Shown in pieces: positions 15,595 through 19,127 of a stretch of DNA of 19,127 nucleotides. Source of the DNA: Oligoflexus sp. (GTDB lineage: Bacteria > Bdellovibrionota_B > Oligoflexia > Oligoflexales > Oligoflexaceae); assembly GCA_041736305.1 (NCBI GenBank), contig JBGSTX010000028.1, positions 1 through 19,127 on the forward strand. The letters run 5' to 3'. Numbering within the stretch: position 1 is the first letter of the stretch; the number at the start of each line of letters is the position of its first letter. The position numbers were made by a program, and so were the translations under genes. The notes under the pieces were generated by a model. The model searched no databases and had not been told where the DNA came from. It worked only from the letters and a program-made list of their open reading frames with translations.

Positions 15595-16581
15595 ATGGTC
15601 AATCCGATTTCGCGTTTTTTCGATCTCACTCAAGAGCGAAGTACCTTTCGCGACGATGTTTTAAAAGGATTGTCGGCTGAGTCCAAGGCCTTATCTTCCA
15701 AGTATTTCTACGATGAACGCGGATCGAAGCTCTTCGATCTCATCTGTTCGAGTCAGGAATACTACCCAACTCGCACCGAATCGCAGATCCTCGACGAAAA
15801 TGCCTGGGATATGCTCGAGGGGATTCCGGGACCGATCGCCCTCATCGAACTGGGAAGTGGTAGTAGCGTGAAGACTCGCTTCCTGCTCGAGTCTTCGGAC
15901 CATATTGAGGCTTACATACCGATAGATATCTCTAAGGAGCATCTCCTGCAGTCGACGCTGATGCTCGCCGAGCGTTTTCCTCATATTGCCATGACACCGA
16001 TATCCGCCGACTATACGCAGCTTGAATCTTTGCCTGAAATCGAAGAGCTGGAGGGAGCCACACCCGTCGTATTTTTCCCTGGTTCGACCATCGGTAATCT
16101 TGATGAACGCGAATGTCTAAACTTCCTGCACAAGATCTACCAGCTGCTTCGCGGCCAAGGCTATCTCCTGCTCGGCATCGACTTATTAAAGGATCCGAAG
16201 GTGCTCGAGCCAGCCTACAATGATTCATGTGGCTATACAGCCGCCTTCAATCTTAATCTTCTGGAAAGAATCAACCGTGAGCTTCAGGCTGATTTCGACT
16301 GCGAAGGTTTCGAACATGAAGCTATTTTTAATGGCGAGCTAGGCCGAATTGAAATGTACCTCCGGTCCCGACGAGATCAAAATGTCATAGTTGGTGATCA
16401 GCTCATTGAGTTCAAGGAAAACGAAAGAATTCACACCGAATCTTCTTATAAGTATGAGCGGAATGCCTTCGCTGGACTAGCAAAACAAGCAGGTTTCCAG
16501 ACGCGACGTACCTGGACCGATGCACGCCAGTATTTTGCTGTCGTTCTACTCGAGACCGATCCGCTTTTTTTGCTCAATTAG
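15595..16581 (+). CDS. egtD: L-histidine N-alpha-methyltransferase
   Basis: KYFYDERGS.LF..I....EYYPTRTE, ELGSGSS.KT, DIS, FPGSTIGN, AYND..G.TAAFNLN, RIEM, IHTE.S.KY; ATG 15595 is 4 nt after the egtB stop. Confidence 0.95.
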   Translation: MVNPISRFFDLTQERSTFRDDVLKGLSAESKALSSKYFYDERGSKLFDLICSSQEYYPTRTESQILDENAWDMLEGIPGPIALIELGSGSSVKTRFLLESSDHIEAYIPIDISKEHLLQSTLMLAERFPHIAMTPISADYTQLESLPEIEELEGATPVVFFPGSTIGNLDERECLNFLHKIYQLLRGQGYLLLGIDLLKDPKVLEPAYNDSCGYTAAFNLNLLERINRELQADFDCEGFEHEAIFNGELGRIEMYLRSRRDQNVIVGDQLIEFKENERIHTESSYKYERNAFAGLAKQAGFQTRRTWTDARQYFAVVLLETDPLFLLN

Positions 16582-16647
16582 ATCTGTTTCTCACCTTCGG
16601 CAAAGGCTGCTAAGCTCCGGGCATCACAGAATTGCCCGGAGACAAGC

Positions 16648-17445
16648 ATGTCCTCTACCACTGAATCCCAGACCGACTTCCAAGCGTTCGTTCGACTGGC
16701 AATGGATACCGCTCGCCATGCTGCAGAGACAGGCGCACAGGTCGCTCTCAGCTACTTTTCAAAAGGACTCAGACCCGAAATCAAGGATGATCGCTCACCT
16801 GTAACAATTGCTGATCGCGAAACTGAAGCCGCGATTATTGCCCACATTCAGTCAGTTTTCCCCAGCCACAGCATACTTGGTGAGGAAAGCGGGTATCTCA
16901 ATCAGGAAAGCAGCAGCCGCTGGATCATCGATCCCATCGATGGCACAAAGGGTTTTATTCGCGGTGGTGGATTCTGGGGCAGCCTGGTCGCTTTAGAACA
17001 CAAAGGGGAGATAGTTGCTGGAGCCGTCGCTCTCCCTTTGCAGAAAAAAACATATTGGGCCGCTAAGGGCCTAGGATGCTATCGAAATGGCCAGAAAATC
17101 ATGGTTTCGCCTATAGCTTCGCTGCGCGATGCAACTCTTTCATTAGGAGAAATGAATCATCTCGTTCGCGTAGCGGGTCAGGCTCCTCTCTGCAAGCTCC
17201 TCACCACTGTTGATTCTTCGCGTTGCTATGGAGATCCTGGCGCGCTGATGATGGTACTCGACGGCCTCGCGGACGCCTGGCTAGAAGCAGGGGTCAAGCC
17301 TTGGGATCTTGCACCTTCCAAGGTCCTGATAGAGGAGGCTGGCGGGCGTTTTTCTAATTTTCTCGGCGGCAGCTCCCTCGAGTTGGGGAGTGCAATCGTA
17401 TCAAATGGCCACTTGCACGAGGAGATACTGAGCTTTCTGAATTAA
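16648..17445 (+). CDS. hisN: inositol-monophosphatase-family protein, histidinol-phosphatase (HisN) type
   Basis: K.D.SPVTIADRETE, GEE, WIIDPIDGTKGFIRG..FWGSLVAL, R.YGD, WDLA...LIEEAGG. The family is certain; HisN specificity is inferred from subfamily motifs. Confidence 0.75.
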   Translation: MSSTTESQTDFQAFVRLAMDTARHAAETGAQVALSYFSKGLRPEIKDDRSPVTIADRETEAAIIAHIQSVFPSHSILGEESGYLNQESSSRWIIDPIDGTKGFIRGGGFWGSLVALEHKGEIVAGAVALPLQKKTYWAAKGLGCYRNGQKIMVSPIASLRDATLSLGEMNHLVRVAGQAPLCKLLTTVDSSRCYGDPGALMMVLDGLADAWLEAGVKPWDLAPSKVLIEEAGGRFSNFLGGSSLELGSAIVSNGHLHEEILSFLN

Positions 17446-17555
17446 GAACTGCCCATGTCCTTAGACAAGGCTCGCCGCTTTCCTATAGCTTCTGTACATC
17501 GAAGAGAATCGTCCGGTGCGCATTCTCTGAGTCAATTAGCGTATAGGAAAAAGCG

Positions 17556-18041
17556 ATGAAACCACTTAAGCTTATGCACACAACTCTTTTTGCTACCCTT
17601 CTATCTCTGCCGCTAGCACCTCTTTCGGCTGCCGCCGAAGATTGCCCCTTTTCAGGTCCGACGACAAACATCAAAAATTTACCGGGATACAAAGCTCTCA
17701 GCACCATCGATCCTGTCAAAGTATTGGATCAGCTGACCATCAGCGAGTCGAAAATGATCCTTGAAGCTGTTCAAAAGAGTTTGGACATCGAAGATCCTGG
17801 ACTCGATGCGGTCAAAGCCTGGGCCATTTTCACCGATGTCCCACGCTTCTATAATGGTGGGCAGATAGAGTATTTCGCGTTAGATAAGGACCGCTTTGCT
17901 CTAGTTAACTTCTTTCCGGATGACAAGGCGCTGGGGCACGTGGCAAAGCTGGCTACAGCATCAACCTCTGCCCGAGATTACCGCAAGGCCAAGTATGAAG
18001 TCTTGGCTGATGTTCGAGAGGGATCGATGAGCTGCCGCTAG
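17556..18041 (+). CDS. exported hypothetical protein
   Basis: Signal peptide ending LSA/AAA; SD AGGA; only two Cys, one at each end of the mature chain. Confidence 0.75.
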   Translation: MKPLKLMHTTLFATLLSLPLAPLSAAAEDCPFSGPTTNIKNLPGYKALSTIDPVKVLDQLTISESKMILEAVQKSLDIEDPGLDAVKAWAIFTDVPRFYNGGQIEYFALDKDRFALVNFFPDDKALGHVAKLATASTSARDYRKAKYEVLADVREGSMSCR

Positions 18042-18117
18042 GCCCAGGGAATCGAGTCTTGTGCGAAGCACGAAAAGCACTTAGTTTGAGGTTTTCACTG
18101 CTTTCGCGAGGATTCGA

Positions 18118-18867
18118 ATGCCACCCGTTCACATATTGGTCAGCGGAGCGACTGGCGGCATCGGTCGGCAGCTGACCTACAAGGCTCTGCAATTCTATCC
18201 TGAGGCCCGGATCTACGCCCTAGCTAGAAACGAAGCAAAACTCGTGGCTCTTAAGGCCGAGAGCCCTGATCCTGCAAGGGTTTTCACACTTCCGGTGGAC
18301 CTCAGCCGGGAGGCATCGATCGAGATCCTTTCGGACTGGCTCGGGCCTCTGAGTTCTCATCTCGACTTGGCGATTCATACCTTAGGCATTTTGAATGGGG
18401 GTGGTCAAGCGCCCGAGAAGAGTCTGCGGGACATCGCTGCTGACAATCTTATCGAAGCCTTTACAGTCAATACATTCAGTGCTCTTTGGCTAGGCAAAGC
18501 TCTCAAGCCTTTTTTTCGTCGACCGCAGCGCTCAGTCCTGATGTTTCTCTCGGCGAAAGTTGGAAGCATCAACGATAACCGCTTAGGCGGTTGGTACGCC
18601 TACCGGATGAGCAAAGCAGCACTCAACATGGGCATTAGAAACATGGCCCTTGAGTATGCCCGCTCCGCTTGTCCGACCATCGTTAGCGCCGTCCACCCAG
18701 GGACTACTCTGACTGATTTTTCGCGAGATCACGTGAGAGGCTTTTCACCGGAAAGACTCGCTGAGCCTGATGTGACGGCTGAGCGACTGCTGCGCCTTGC
18801 CGAAACGTTGGAAAAGGATCACTCAGGGCATTTTTTCCATTGGGATGGCTCCCCCCTACCCTGGTAG
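18118..18867 (+). CDS. short-chain dehydrogenase/reductase, C-factor (CsgA)-like subfamily
   Basis: GATGGIG, PEKSL, SAKVGSI.DNRLGGWYAYRMSKAALNM (YxxSK), HPGT..T, WDG..LPW. Confidence 0.9.
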   Translation: MPPVHILVSGATGGIGRQLTYKALQFYPEARIYALARNEAKLVALKAESPDPARVFTLPVDLSREASIEILSDWLGPLSSHLDLAIHTLGILNGGGQAPEKSLRDIAADNLIEAFTVNTFSALWLGKALKPFFRRPQRSVLMFLSAKVGSINDNRLGGWYAYRMSKAALNMGIRNMALEYARSACPTIVSAVHPGTTLTDFSRDHVRGFSPERLAEPDVTAERLLRLAETLEKDHSGHFFHWDGSPLPW

Positions 18868-18977
18868 ACTAGATGCAACGATCCGAGGGTTAAATTATGA
18901 GCTTTTCTGCGCAAATGCTCTGCGTCTTCTGCACTTTCCAACAGTGGGGATTCCAAGCAGAGAAGAAGGAGCCTTTT

Positions 18978-19127
18978 TTGTCTCAAACTTTCTCGAAGCT
19001 TCCAACTAGTCCTATAAGCGTTGCTTATGTCGGCGGACGCAGCCATTCAATTGGCGTATTCCGCTTCGACAGAAGTTCGGGCCAGCTCGTCCATATTCAG
19101 TCGCAGCCTGTACCTGACGCAGATCCA
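18978..19127 (+). CDS. 5' end of a beta-propeller lactonase (6-phosphogluconolactonase-like), truncated by the window edge
   Basis: The frame is open from ATG 18897 to the window end; likely start TTG 18978 after AAGGAG; translates ...SVAYVGGRSHSIGVFRFDRSSGQLVHIQ, matching the first blade of Pgl-type lactonases. Absent from the ORF track because it has no stop. Confidence 0.7.
   Translation, partial: MSQTFSKLPTSPISVAYVGGRSHSIGVFRFDRSSGQLVHIQSQPVPDADP

Noticed and set aside
14304..16581. Selenoneine (senA) or ovothiol (ovoA) cluster
   Set aside because: No senB glycosyltransferase or selD-like gene nearby, and no C-terminal methyltransferase fusion as in OvoA; egtD adjacency supports ergothioneine.
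18118..18867. Calling the SDR a true myxobacterial C-signal
   Set aside because: This SDR subfamily is widespread, and nothing in the window indicates developmental signalling.
18819..19127. Minus-strand 75-aa ORF with HPt-like LRRKAHNL and possible TGA readthrough from upstream
   Set aside because: It is antisense to the lactonase-like frame and the SDR 3' end, lacks the LKG of HPt domains and has no SD.
1..19127. CRISPR arrays, IS elements, prophage, tRNA or rRNA
   Set aside because: No spaced direct repeats, transposase, integrase or phage genes, or cloverleaf/rRNA-like sequence were seen; intergenic gaps are short.

Overview
Gene-dense bacterial chromosomal window of roughly 50% GC. The gene repertoire and protein style suggest Oligoflexia/Bdellovibrionota or another deltaproteobacteria-like lineage (inference only). 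In order: a sigma54-promoted stand-alone GspC-like PDZ protein preceded by a poly-Leu mini-ORF; fadD; pncC-lolA; a sigma28-promoted PocR-sigma54 enhancer-binding protein; a coiled-coil hypothetical; a minus-strand operon (degenerate TrpC-like protein, purM, pyrB, Nit1-type amidase, RNase Z-like protein); a sigma28-promoted FlgT_C-like/OmpA protein; an exported PPAD/agmatine-deiminase-family enzyme next to a SET-domain methyltransferase; an orphan XRE regulator; egtB-egtD-hisN; an exported hypothetical; a CsgA-like SDR; and the 5' end of a beta-propeller lactonase missing from the ORF track. No mobile element, CRISPR array, tRNA or rRNA was seen. The most unusual signals are the poly-Leu leader ORF abutting gspC, the apparently catalytically dead TrpC heading a nucleotide-metabolism operon, the PAD+SET pair, a sigma28-to-sigma54 regulatory link, and several genes whose ribosome-binding sites are buried in upstream hairpins. 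All RNA structures were paired by eye.
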